From: Myxococcales bacterium
GTDB lineage: Bacteria > Myxococcota_A > UBA9160 > SMWR01
Direction of reading: 5' to 3'
DNA length: 64,000 bases
Assembly: GCA_013215605.1 (NCBI GenBank)
Contig: JABSQW010000025.1
Coordinates: 3,978-67,977, forward strand
Positions 54,615 to 62,475 of this stretch are shown piece after piece (position 1 is the first letter of the stretch; the number at the start of each line of letters is the position of its first letter). Under the pieces are notes generated by a model. The model did not search any database. It was not told the DNA's origin and was given only the letters and a program-made list of their open reading frames with translations. A program made the translations under genes and the position numbers.

Positions 54615-55877
54615 GTGGCGATGGCTGAACTACGATCGGATACGGACACGAGTTCGCCGAAGTTCTTGCGCGACAAGTACGCGATCATCGGCGTCGGCGA
54701 GACGGCGTACACGCGGCGGTCGGGCCGCACGACGAAGCACATGGCGGTCGAAGCCGTGCGCAACGCGATGAACGACGCGGGTCTCGGCCCGGCGGACATC
54801 GACGGCATGATGTCGTACTCGGCGATGGACTCGACCATGTCGCCGGCCGTCGGCGCGGATCTCGGCATTCGTCTCGACTTCTACATGGACGTCGTGGGTG
54901 GCGGGTCGAGCATCGAGGCCCTGGTCGGTCTCGCGATGGGCGCGATCGAAGCCGGAATGTGCAAGACGGTGGTCCTCTTCCGCTCGATGAACGGCGCCAC
55001 TGGGATGCGCATGGGCGGTACCGGTCGCGGTGCACCGCGGTTCAGCGGCGGGCAGATGTTCTCGGGCGTCTACGGCCTGTCGAGCCCCGCGCAGATGTTC
55101 TCCCACTCCTTCATGCGTCACATGCACGACTTCGGGACGACTCCCGAGCAGGTCGCGCACGTGAAGGTGTTTCACTCGCAGGCTGCGTCGAACAACCCGA
55201 AGGCGTATTACAGCCACCGCGTCACGTCCGATGACGTTCTCTCGAGCCGCGTGATCGCCTACCCCCTGCACCTGCTCGACTGCTGCGTCGAGACCGACAA
55301 CGCGACCGCGCTCGTCGTCACGTCGGCGGAGCGCGCGCGAGACACGAGACACACGCCGGCTCGCATCCTTTCGGTGGTGGGCCGCTGCAACAAGCCGCGC
55401 ATGGACGACCACTACCAGCACGGGCCCATCACCCGCGTCGCCGGCTACTACGCAAAGGACATCCTCTGGCCGAACGCGGGCCTCGGTCCCGAAGACATCG
55501 ACGTGACGGGCTCCTACGACGCGTTCACCTTCACGACGCTTCTGCAGCTCGAGGACTACGGGTTCTGCGAGAAGGGGGAGGGCGGCCACTACGTGAGCGA
55601 CGGAACCATTGCCCTCGGCGGCAGGCGTCCGAACAACACCGCGGGTGGGCACCTCTGCGAGGGCTACACCCACGGTATCAACATGGTCGTCGAAAACGTC
55701 CGGCAGCTGCGCCACGACGCCGACGACTTCTGTCCGACGGGCCCCGACGGCAGGCGTCAGCACACGTACGACTACTCCGAGGGAGCCTGCCGTCAGATTC
55801 GCGACGTGGAAGTGACGGCAAACCTGGGCTGGGGCATGCCGAGTCTGGGATCCGCCCTCGTAATGCGCAGGGGATAG
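54615..55877 (+). CDS. Thiolase-fold protein, SCP-x/lipid-transfer-protein type
   Basis: KYAIIGVGETAYTR N-terminus and thiolase-like length (420 aa). It is followed by the typical DUF35 partner. Confidence 0.75.
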   Translation: MAMAELRSDTDTSSPKFLRDKYAIIGVGETAYTRRSGRTTKHMAVEAVRNAMNDAGLGPADIDGMMSYSAMDSTMSPAVGADLGIRLDFYMDVVGGGSSIEALVGLAMGAIEAGMCKTVVLFRSMNGATGMRMGGTGRGAPRFSGGQMFSGVYGLSSPAQMFSHSFMRHMHDFGTTPEQVAHVKVFHSQAASNNPKAYYSHRVTSDDVLSSRVIAYPLHLLDCCVETDNATALVVTSAERARDTRHTPARILSVVGRCNKPRMDDHYQHGPITRVAGYYAKDILWPNAGLGPEDIDVTGSYDAFTFTTLLQLEDYGFCEKGEGGHYVSDGTIALGGRRPNNTAGGHLCEGYTHGINMVVENVRQLRHDADDFCPTGPDGRRQHTYDYSEGACRQIRDVEVTANLGWGMPSLGSALVMRRG

Positions 55878-55887
55878 GGAGGCGAAC

Positions 55888-56415
55888 ATGGCGCTCGAAG
55901 GCGAATACCTGGGGATTCAGCTGTTCCTCGGCGACGAAGACCCCGAGATCCGGGAGTTCTTCGAGTGGTGCGGCCGCCACGAGCTGCGCCTGCAGCGGTG
56001 GAAGAGCAACGGTCTCCTGTCGTACCCGCCCGGAACCGCCTCACCGTGGGATGGCACACCAGAGTTCGAGTGGTCTCCGGTCGCGGCGCGCGGCACGGTG
56101 ATGTCGTACTCCGAGGTCCACCACGCGATCCTGCCCACGTTTCGCGAACATCTCCCCTATCTTCTGCTGCGCGTCGAGCTCGACCAGCAGCGCGGCCAGC
56201 CCACCGAGCACGAGGCGATCCGCTTCCTCGGCAATCTCGTCGCGCCGGACGGAACCCTCGCCCCGCCGGACCTCTTGAAGCAGGTCGGCATCGGATCCCG
56301 CGTGAAGGTCGTCTACGTCGACGTCGGCGAAGGCTTCGCGATCCCCCAATGGACCCTCGACGAAGACGCCGACCCAGCCACCCCCTGGCGCTACGACGAC
56401 GGCCAGACCCGCTGA
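55888..56415 (+). CDS. DUF35 OB-fold/Zn-ribbon-like acyl-CoA-associated protein
   Basis: 175 aa. Its position directly downstream of an SCP-x-type thiolase, plus an OB-fold-like C-terminal half (GTVMSYSEVHH...LLLRVELD). Confidence 0.65.
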   Translation: MALEGEYLGIQLFLGDEDPEIREFFEWCGRHELRLQRWKSNGLLSYPPGTASPWDGTPEFEWSPVAARGTVMSYSEVHHAILPTFREHLPYLLLRVELDQQRGQPTEHEAIRFLGNLVAPDGTLAPPDLLKQVGIGSRVKVVYVDVGEGFAIPQWTLDEDADPATPWRYDDGQTR

Positions 56416-56452
56416 CCCCACGACAAGAGTTGCGCCGCAATCCAGCTCGGGA

Positions 56453-57562
56453 TCAGGGGAGGTCGAGGCGGTTGCACAGGCGGGAGGCGATGAAGGTGTG
56501 GCCGTCGGGGTTGGGGCGCTCGGTGGGGTGGGGGAGCTCGAATACGGCGTCCAGGTGTTCGCGCCAACGCCCCGACTCGAAGTCGGTTCGCGGCATGCAG
56601 TGGGCGGGGCAATAGCGTTCGATCTGCGCCTCGAGGACGGGAACCTCGCGAAATCCCACACGCGGTAGATAGACGAATCGCGTACCTTCCACGGCCGCTT
56701 CGGCGAGCGTCCCGTAGCCGGGCTTGCCGAGGATGGCGTCGCAGGCGCGCATCAGGTCCTCGTGCCGCACCGGGGAGGGATCCGGCAGCCGGTGCCACTC
56801 AGCGCGCAGGCCATCGGGCGGCGGGCCGAAGCCCGCGAAGCGGTAGGCGCTCAAGTCATCGCCCGTTGTGGCGTCGGCTTCACTGCGACCGAATCCGCCG
56901 AAGGAGACCAGCACCAGTGGGCGTTCATCGGTTGCGGAGAGCCCGATCTCCCCGAGGGTCTCTTCGCGCGACCTTGTCGCGCGGTTCACGAGCAGGGGTG
57001 CATCGACGACGTTCGGAAACGCGTCGAACGGGCCGTGGAAGGGCAGGCGGAAGAGCGTGTCGGCCTCGCTGTAGGCCGCCGCGTAGCGTTCGACGATTGG
57101 TCGAAAGCGCGGCTCATCGGCGGTGTATTCGTCGAGGATCCAGTCCCAGCTGAAGTTGGCAACGCCGACGGCCGGCACGCCGACCCGCCGCGCTGCAGCG
57201 AACGCGAGCGGCGGGATATCGGCCACGACGAGTGATGCGCCGGTCTCCGTCAACCAGGTGGCTTCGCGCGCAACGGCGGGTTCGAAGTCTGCGACGAATC
57301 GCTCGTGTGCGGCGAGCGTTTCCGGCAGGTCGAGGTCGAGGCCGTTCTTCTGCAGCACGCCGACGTCGATGGGCGCCGACGAGCACTCGGTCGCTGGTGC
57401 ACGCTCGGTGAAGATCCAGTGCGGTGCCTCGGTGCGCACGTGTACCGAGACGGCATCGCCCGCGCGCTGAACGAGCGCGGCGGCGAGCACTCGCATCCGA
57501 GTCGCGTGCCCGTAGCCGTGACCGGAGACGTAGAAGACGACGCGTTTGCACCGGCGCGTCAT
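56453..57562 (-). CDS. GT-B-fold glycosyltransferase-like protein (related to the N-terminal domain of plant L-arabinokinase ARA1)
   Basis: VVFYVSGHGYGHATRM, VANFSWDWILDEY and ILGKPGYGTLAEA match, from memory, the ARA1 N-terminal GT-like domain. Start at ATG 57562. Confidence 0.6.
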   Translation of the reverse strand: MTRRCKRVVFYVSGHGYGHATRMRVLAAALVQRAGDAVSVHVRTEAPHWIFTERAPATECSSAPIDVGVLQKNGLDLDLPETLAAHERFVADFEPAVAREATWLTETGASLVVADIPPLAFAAARRVGVPAVGVANFSWDWILDEYTADEPRFRPIVERYAAAYSEADTLFRLPFHGPFDAFPNVVDAPLLVNRATRSREETLGEIGLSATDERPLVLVSFGGFGRSEADATTGDDLSAYRFAGFGPPPDGLRAEWHRLPDPSPVRHEDLMRACDAILGKPGYGTLAEAAVEGTRFVYLPRVGFREVPVLEAQIERYCPAHCMPRTDFESGRWREHLDAVFELPHPTERPNPDGHTFIASRLCNRLDLP

Positions 57563-57654
57563 CGTCTGAACTCGGGCCGCGCTCCGATTCGCTCGAGCTT
57601 CGTTCGGTTTCGGCTCACTGCGCCTCGCGCGGCCCGAACCGTCGGGCCGCTCTC

Positions 57655-58725
57655 CTAGCCCTCGAGGTCCTGCGGAGTGAAGGCGTACATCTCGGCGTAC
57701 TCGGTGTCGCGGCGGGCAATCAGCTTCGCGGTGTTCACCATCACGTGGCACTGCTTCACCGTGGCGTCGTCCTGCATCTTGCCATCGATCATGATGGTAC
57801 CCGCGCCATCGCCCATCTCGTCGATGACGCGCTTCGCCCAGAGCACCTCGTCGGGCGGCGGGCTGAACACACGCCGCGCGATGTCGATCTGCTTCGGGTG
57901 GAGCGACCAGGCGCCGACGCAGCCCATGAGGAACGCGTTGCGGAACTGGTCCTCGCATGCGACAGAATCACCGATGTCACCGAAGGGACCGTAGTAGGGA
58001 AGGCAGCCCGTCGCCGCACACGCATCGACCATCCGCGCCATGGTGTAGTGCCAGAGGTCCTGCTGTGCCGTGGGCCGATGCGCGTCGGGATTGGTGGCGT
58101 CGGGATCGACGCGCACGAGATAGCCCGGGTGGCCACCGCCGACGCGCGTGGTCTTCATGCGGCGCGACGCGGCGAGGTCGGCCGGACCGAGGCTGATGCC
58201 CTGCATGCGCGGGCTCGCCGAGCAGATCTCCTCGACGTTCGTGACGCCGAGGGCCGTCTCGAGGATCGCGTGTACCTGGATGGAGCGGCTCGTACCTGCC
58301 TTGGCTTCGAGTTGGGCGAGCAGCTGGTCGACGTAGTGGATGTCCCAGGGACCCTCGACCTTGGGAACCATGATGACGTCGACCTTCTCGCCGGCTTCGC
58401 TGACGATCTGGGTGAAGTCGTCGAGTACCCACGGGCTGTCGAGGCTGTTTACGCGGGTCCAGAACTGCGTATCGCCGAAGTCGTTCGAGTTCGCGATGGA
58501 CACGAGACCCTCGCGCGCGGCGACCTTGTTTCCCACCTCGATGGCATCCTCGAGATTCGCGAGCAGCACATCCACTTTCTTGATGATGTCGGGAACCTTG
58601 TTGGCCATCCGCTCGTTGCTGGGGTCGAAGAAGTGAATCATCCGCGACGGTCTCGGCGCGATGTCGTTCGGGGGCATCGGCGCGCCGATGGCGAGGGGTT
58701 TCGTGAAGTCGCGCGGGTTTCGCAT
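57655..58725 (-). CDS. mcl: L-malyl-CoA/beta-methylmalyl-CoA lyase (HpcH/CitE fold)
   Basis: Near end-to-end resemblance to Chloroflexus-type Mcl as I recall it: [55 protein letters not shown] and [11 protein letters not shown]. Confidence 0.8.
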   Translation of the reverse strand: MRNPRDFTKPLAIGAPMPPNDIAPRPSRMIHFFDPSNERMANKVPDIIKKVDVLLANLEDAIEVGNKVAAREGLVSIANSNDFGDTQFWTRVNSLDSPWVLDDFTQIVSEAGEKVDVIMVPKVEGPWDIHYVDQLLAQLEAKAGTSRSIQVHAILETALGVTNVEEICSASPRMQGISLGPADLAASRRMKTTRVGGGHPGYLVRVDPDATNPDAHRPTAQQDLWHYTMARMVDACAATGCLPYYGPFGDIGDSVACEDQFRNAFLMGCVGAWSLHPKQIDIARRVFSPPPDEVLWAKRVIDEMGDGAGTIMIDGKMQDDATVKQCHVMVNTAKLIARRDTEYAEMYAFTPQDLEG

Positions 58726-58756
58726 GGTTCCTACCTGTTTCCTCGAATTCTTCGAA

Positions 58757-58978
58757 TCATTCGTAGAGTTTCACGACCTTGACGGTCCCGGCCGGTGCGG
58801 CGTCGATGCACAGGTCGCAAAGCGTGCACTCGTCGAGGTTGTCGTCCACGATCGCGAGGCGGCCAGAGTCGTCCTGCGCGAAGATACCAACGGGGCAGAC
58901 CTCGACGAGCTGCTTCGCGGCTTCCACATCGGCAACGACCTTCGGATCGACCTCCACGGCGATGAACATGGCGGGCAT
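58757..58978 (-). CDS. Small (73 aa) ferredoxin-like protein with four Cys (CP....CxxCxxC)
   Basis: ATG 58978 lies 1 nt after the sucD-like stop. Sequence VCPVGIF...ECTLCDLC. High GC3. Confidence 0.55.
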   Translation of the reverse strand: MPAMFIAVEVDPKVVADVEAAKQLVEVCPVGIFAQDDSGRLAIVDDNLDECTLCDLCIDAAPAGTVKVVKLYE

Positions 58979-58979
58979 G

Positions 58980-59885
58980 CTAGTTGACCTCCGCGAGTTT
59001 CTGCTGGATGAGGCCCGGAATCTCCTCGATGCGTTCGGCCACGGAGATCCCAGAGCGCTGCATGCGTTCGATCTTGTCCGCCGTGGTATCGGCCCTGCCT
59101 TCGACGATCGTACCGGCGTGGCCAAATCGCATGCCGGGCATCTCGTCCATGAATCGCCCGGCCATGAACGCGACGATGGGGAGGCGCGAGTCGTTGTCCT
59201 TGACCCACTCGGCGAGCTCCGCCTCCATACGCCCGCCGGGCTCGGAGTAGATGGCGATGGCCTTCGTCTCCGGATCCGCTTCGAACAGTGGCATGAGCTC
59301 CGCGTAGCTCGTGCCGATCACGGCGTCGCCCCCGATGGACACGGCTGTCGACTGGCCGAGGCCGGCGGCGGTCAGGGTGTTGGCAATCTCGGTGGTCATG
59401 CCTCCCGATCGCGACATGATGCCGACGGAACCCTTGGAGTAGGCTTTCTTCGTATCGGCGGCCGGTCCCCCAACCCCGCCCATCTTCACCTCGTCGGGCG
59501 TGATGATGCCGAGGCAGTTCGGCCCGATGATTCTCGCGCCGCGCAGCGCCGCCAACTCGACCATCTGTGCGACTTCCAGGCGTGGAATCCGCTCCGTCAC
59601 GATCACAATGATCTCGATGCCATTCTCGATCGCCTCGAAGACCGCGTCGCGCGTGAACTTCGGCGGTACGCAGACCACGGCGCCGTCGACCTTGCGTTTC
59701 GACGCAATGTCCCGCACGCAGTCATAGACGGGCACGCCGTAGACCTCGCGGCCGGCGCGGCCGGGTGTGACGCCGCCAACGATCTTCGACCCATAGGCGA
59801 GATTTTCGCGCGTCAGGCTCACCGCTTCGCGTCCGGTGATGCCCTGCACGATGAATGTGGTATTCCGGTCGATCAGAATGGACAT
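58980..59885 (-). CDS. ADP-forming acyl-CoA ligase alpha subunit (SucD/MtkB type)
   Basis: IVQGITGREA, SRSGGMTTEI and the phosphohistidine loop MRFGHAGTIVEG. 301 aa. Confidence 0.85.
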   Translation of the reverse strand: MSILIDRNTTFIVQGITGREAVSLTRENLAYGSKIVGGVTPGRAGREVYGVPVYDCVRDIASKRKVDGAVVCVPPKFTRDAVFEAIENGIEIIVIVTERIPRLEVAQMVELAALRGARIIGPNCLGIITPDEVKMGGVGGPAADTKKAYSKGSVGIMSRSGGMTTEIANTLTAAGLGQSTAVSIGGDAVIGTSYAELMPLFEADPETKAIAIYSEPGGRMEAELAEWVKDNDSRLPIVAFMAGRFMDEMPGMRFGHAGTIVEGRADTTADKIERMQRSGISVAERIEEIPGLIQQKLAEVN

Positions 59886-59890
59886 CGCCT

Positions 59891-61093
59891 CTACCCCTGC
59901 AGCTTCGCGACGGCGCGGCCGGCGGCTTCGTTCATGGAGACCGTGCGGTCGCAGAACTCGACACCGTACTTGGCGAGGATCTTGAAGCCCTCCTCCTCCC
60001 ACGAGCCGGGAATGCGGAAGATGGCAATCGTGGTCGCGGGGTCCTTGCCGCTCTCGACGCACCCCTTGATGACGCCCCGCGCGACGATGTCGACGCGCGT
60101 ATTCGACACGACGTTCATCATCACGGCGATCTTCTCGACGCCGGGCTTCGAGAGCACGAGCTTCGTGAGCTCGCACGTCTTCGTGACGCTCGGATTGCCG
60201 CCGATCTCGCAGTAGTTGGCCGGCCGGCCGCCGTGCTTGCGCACCGCGTCGAACAGCGTGAGGGATCCGCCGCCCGCGCCGATGACGAGACCGAGGTTGC
60301 CGTCGAATCCGACCACGTTGCCGGCGACACCCCGGTGGTCCGCGGCGTCGACCTTGGCGCCGGCTATCTCGAACTCGGTGGGTGGCCGAGCCTGACGCGT
60401 CTCCTCTTCGCCGATACCGAGTTCGGCGAGCAGCGCGGCGTGCTTGTCGCGCGCCTCGGCCTCCATGTCGACGTGGCCGTCGAGGACTGCGAAGGTCCCG
60501 TCCTCGAGTCGGACGAGCGGATTGATCTCGGCGAGTGTCAGATTGTACTCGAGGAAGATCTCTACGAGCTTCGCCACGATCGGTGTGAGTCGGTTGAGCG
60601 CCGCACCCGTCACGCCCGTGGCGCCGATGCCCTCCTTTGCGAGGCGGGGCGTGAAGGGCAGGAGCGTCGAGATGTGCGTCTGGCTGACGTGCTCGGGGTG
60701 CTTCTCGGCCACCTCTTCGATGTCGATGCCGCCCATGTCGGAAAAGATCAGCACGGGGAGCTTGCGTCGGCCGTCCCACGTGACACCGACGTAGTACTCC
60801 TGCGCGATCGGGCTCTTGCTCTCGACGAGCACGCTTCGCGCCTTCTGATCGTTGACGATGATCGGCATGATCTCGTCGAAGAGCGTCGCGGCTTCTTCGG
60901 GGGTGTCGGCGAACTTCACGGCGCCTGCCTTCATGCGTCCGCCCGAGAGGACCTGGCTCTTGAGCACCACCGGGCAGCCGATCTTCTCCGCGAGGCTCTG
61001 CGCCTCGTCGGCGCTGGTAGCCACACCCCCCTCGCCGACGGGAAGCCCGTGGCGCTTGAACAGGGCTTTTGATTCGTACTCGTAGAAACGCAT
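59891..61093 (-). CDS. ADP-forming acyl-CoA ligase beta (ATP-grasp) subunit (divergent SucC/MtkA type)
   Basis: MRFYEYESKALFKRHGLPV ATP-grasp N-terminus and GLVIGAGGGSLTLFDAVRKHGGRPANYCEIGGNP ligase-CoA domain. Confidence 0.8.
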   Translation of the reverse strand: MRFYEYESKALFKRHGLPVGEGGVATSADEAQSLAEKIGCPVVLKSQVLSGGRMKAGAVKFADTPEEAATLFDEIMPIIVNDQKARSVLVESKSPIAQEYYVGVTWDGRRKLPVLIFSDMGGIDIEEVAEKHPEHVSQTHISTLLPFTPRLAKEGIGATGVTGAALNRLTPIVAKLVEIFLEYNLTLAEINPLVRLEDGTFAVLDGHVDMEAEARDKHAALLAELGIGEEETRQARPPTEFEIAGAKVDAADHRGVAGNVVGFDGNLGLVIGAGGGSLTLFDAVRKHGGRPANYCEIGGNPSVTKTCELTKLVLSKPGVEKIAVMMNVVSNTRVDIVARGVIKGCVESGKDPATTIAIFRIPGSWEEEGFKILAKYGVEFCDRTVSMNEAAGRAVAKLQG

Positions 61094-61188
61094 GCTTGCC
61101 CTTTCATCCGAAAGAGGCCGGGCCCACTCGAGGGGGCGCGGTCAAGACTGCCGGTCGCGCGCCGCAGCGCCGGATTGCGCAAGCGGAT

Positions 61189-62313
61189 TCAAGCGTAGTG
61201 AGAACGGCGCTTGACCGCGATCTCCCGATCGAGCTCGAAGATCCGCGTCTTCTTCCAGCCCGCCGGTGCATCGTCGTGTTCCTCACCGGGGGCAAGTTCG
61301 AACTTGTGGCCGTAGAGCACGCTCTCCACGACGCCCAGGTCCGGTCGCCCCGGGAAGTCGCGCTTTCCCGTTACCTCCGTCGACGCGAAGACCGTATCGC
61401 CCGCGAAAAGCGGTGCCGCGTGACGACCGCTCTTGTAGATGAGATCGCCGAGCGCGTTGTCTCCGACGTCGGGTGAGGAAAGCCCCAGACACAGCACGAA
61501 GGGGATGCCGCCGAAGATGATCAGTTTCCCGCCGACGTACTGATCGGGATCGAGGTCGATCATGTACTGGTTGCAGTGCACCTGGCTCGTGTTGTCGAGC
61601 ACGGCCGTCAGGTGGATGTGCTCGCTCGTCATCGTGCGACCCCGCGAGTGCTCGATGAGCGATCCCGGGTCGAAGTCCTCGAAATAGCTGTCGGGGCTCG
61701 AGAGGTGCGCGAGGCCCTTGTAATCCGCACCGTCGGCGTAGTCGGGCAGCCACAGCTCGCACTCGACGCTGTCGGGTTCGATCTCGCCCGTGTGGAGATC
61801 CGCGTCGTCGTCGCCCTTGTAGACCTGCACCTTGCGCTGCCAGGTCATCACGATCGCCTCGCCGGACTCGCCGATGTTCTTGCGCGCCGTCGACTGCACG
61901 TGGACGATGCCGAGATTCGGACGCCTGGACGACGGCCGTACGCCGAGCACCTTCGTCTCCACCTCGATGGTGTCGCCGACGTACACGGGAGCGCCGAAGC
62001 GCATGTCGATGTACTCGAGGTTGGCGCGGGCGTTCTCGGAGACGTCCTCGACCGTCTGGCTGAACGCCACGAGCATGGTGAGGCCCGGGGGGCACACGAG
62101 GCCGCGGTAGCCGTAGATCCCCGCGTAGCGCGCATTCTTCGCGAGGGGGTTCGACGTCATCGCGAATTCGGTGAACGTGGTGAACAGGCCCTCGGTCACG
62201 GTCTTGCCGCCCTTGTGGCGGAAGACCTGGCCGGGTTCGAAATCTTCGAGGAAATTGCCGGTCCGCTTGCGGATGATGCGAAGCGGGCGGGCCGGGCTGC
62301 CTTTGTCGGTCAC
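61189..62313 (-). CDS. Double hot-dog MaoC-type enoyl-CoA hydratase, mesaconyl-CoA hydratase-like
   Basis: GNFLEDFEPGQ N-terminus and two MaoC-like halves (about 374 aa), as in Mch. GTG 62313 is preceded by AGGAGG. Confidence 0.7.
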   Translation of the reverse strand: MTDKGSPARPLRIIRKRTGNFLEDFEPGQVFRHKGGKTVTEGLFTTFTEFAMTSNPLAKNARYAGIYGYRGLVCPPGLTMLVAFSQTVEDVSENARANLEYIDMRFGAPVYVGDTIEVETKVLGVRPSSRRPNLGIVHVQSTARKNIGESGEAIVMTWQRKVQVYKGDDDADLHTGEIEPDSVECELWLPDYADGADYKGLAHLSSPDSYFEDFDPGSLIEHSRGRTMTSEHIHLTAVLDNTSQVHCNQYMIDLDPDQYVGGKLIIFGGIPFVLCLGLSSPDVGDNALGDLIYKSGRHAAPLFAGDTVFASTEVTGKRDFPGRPDLGVVESVLYGHKFELAPGEEHDDAPAGWKKTRIFELDREIAVKRRSHYA

Positions 62314-62412
62314 GTGGGCCTCCTGGAGCCTTCTCCTGAGTTGGCTTCGACGCGTGCGGCGGTCTTTCTGTCGGCCAACGGGGAAAGGAAAATCGCGAAG
62401 ATCAGGGTCCCG

Positions 62413-62469
62413 GAATCTAACAGCCTGCACCCTCGCTACGCGACTGGCTGCGAAATGCAGGCTAGATTC
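62413..62469 (+). promoter_or_regulatory. Hairpin of 14 bp (8+6 with a 3-nt bulge) in the nrdJ leader, ending 6 nt before the ATG
   Basis: GAATCT-AAC-AGCCTGCA (62413-62429) pairs with TGCAGGCT-AGATTC (62456-62469). Read directly; the regulatory role is inferred. Confidence 0.35.
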
Positions 62470-62475
62470 ATCGGC

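Noticed and set aside
62314-62412. Cobalamin riboswitch or NrdR boxes in the divergent mch/nrdJ intergenic region.
   Set aside because: I saw no B12-box-like core and no pair of 16-bp NrdR-type palindromes. Only the hairpin reported separately was found.
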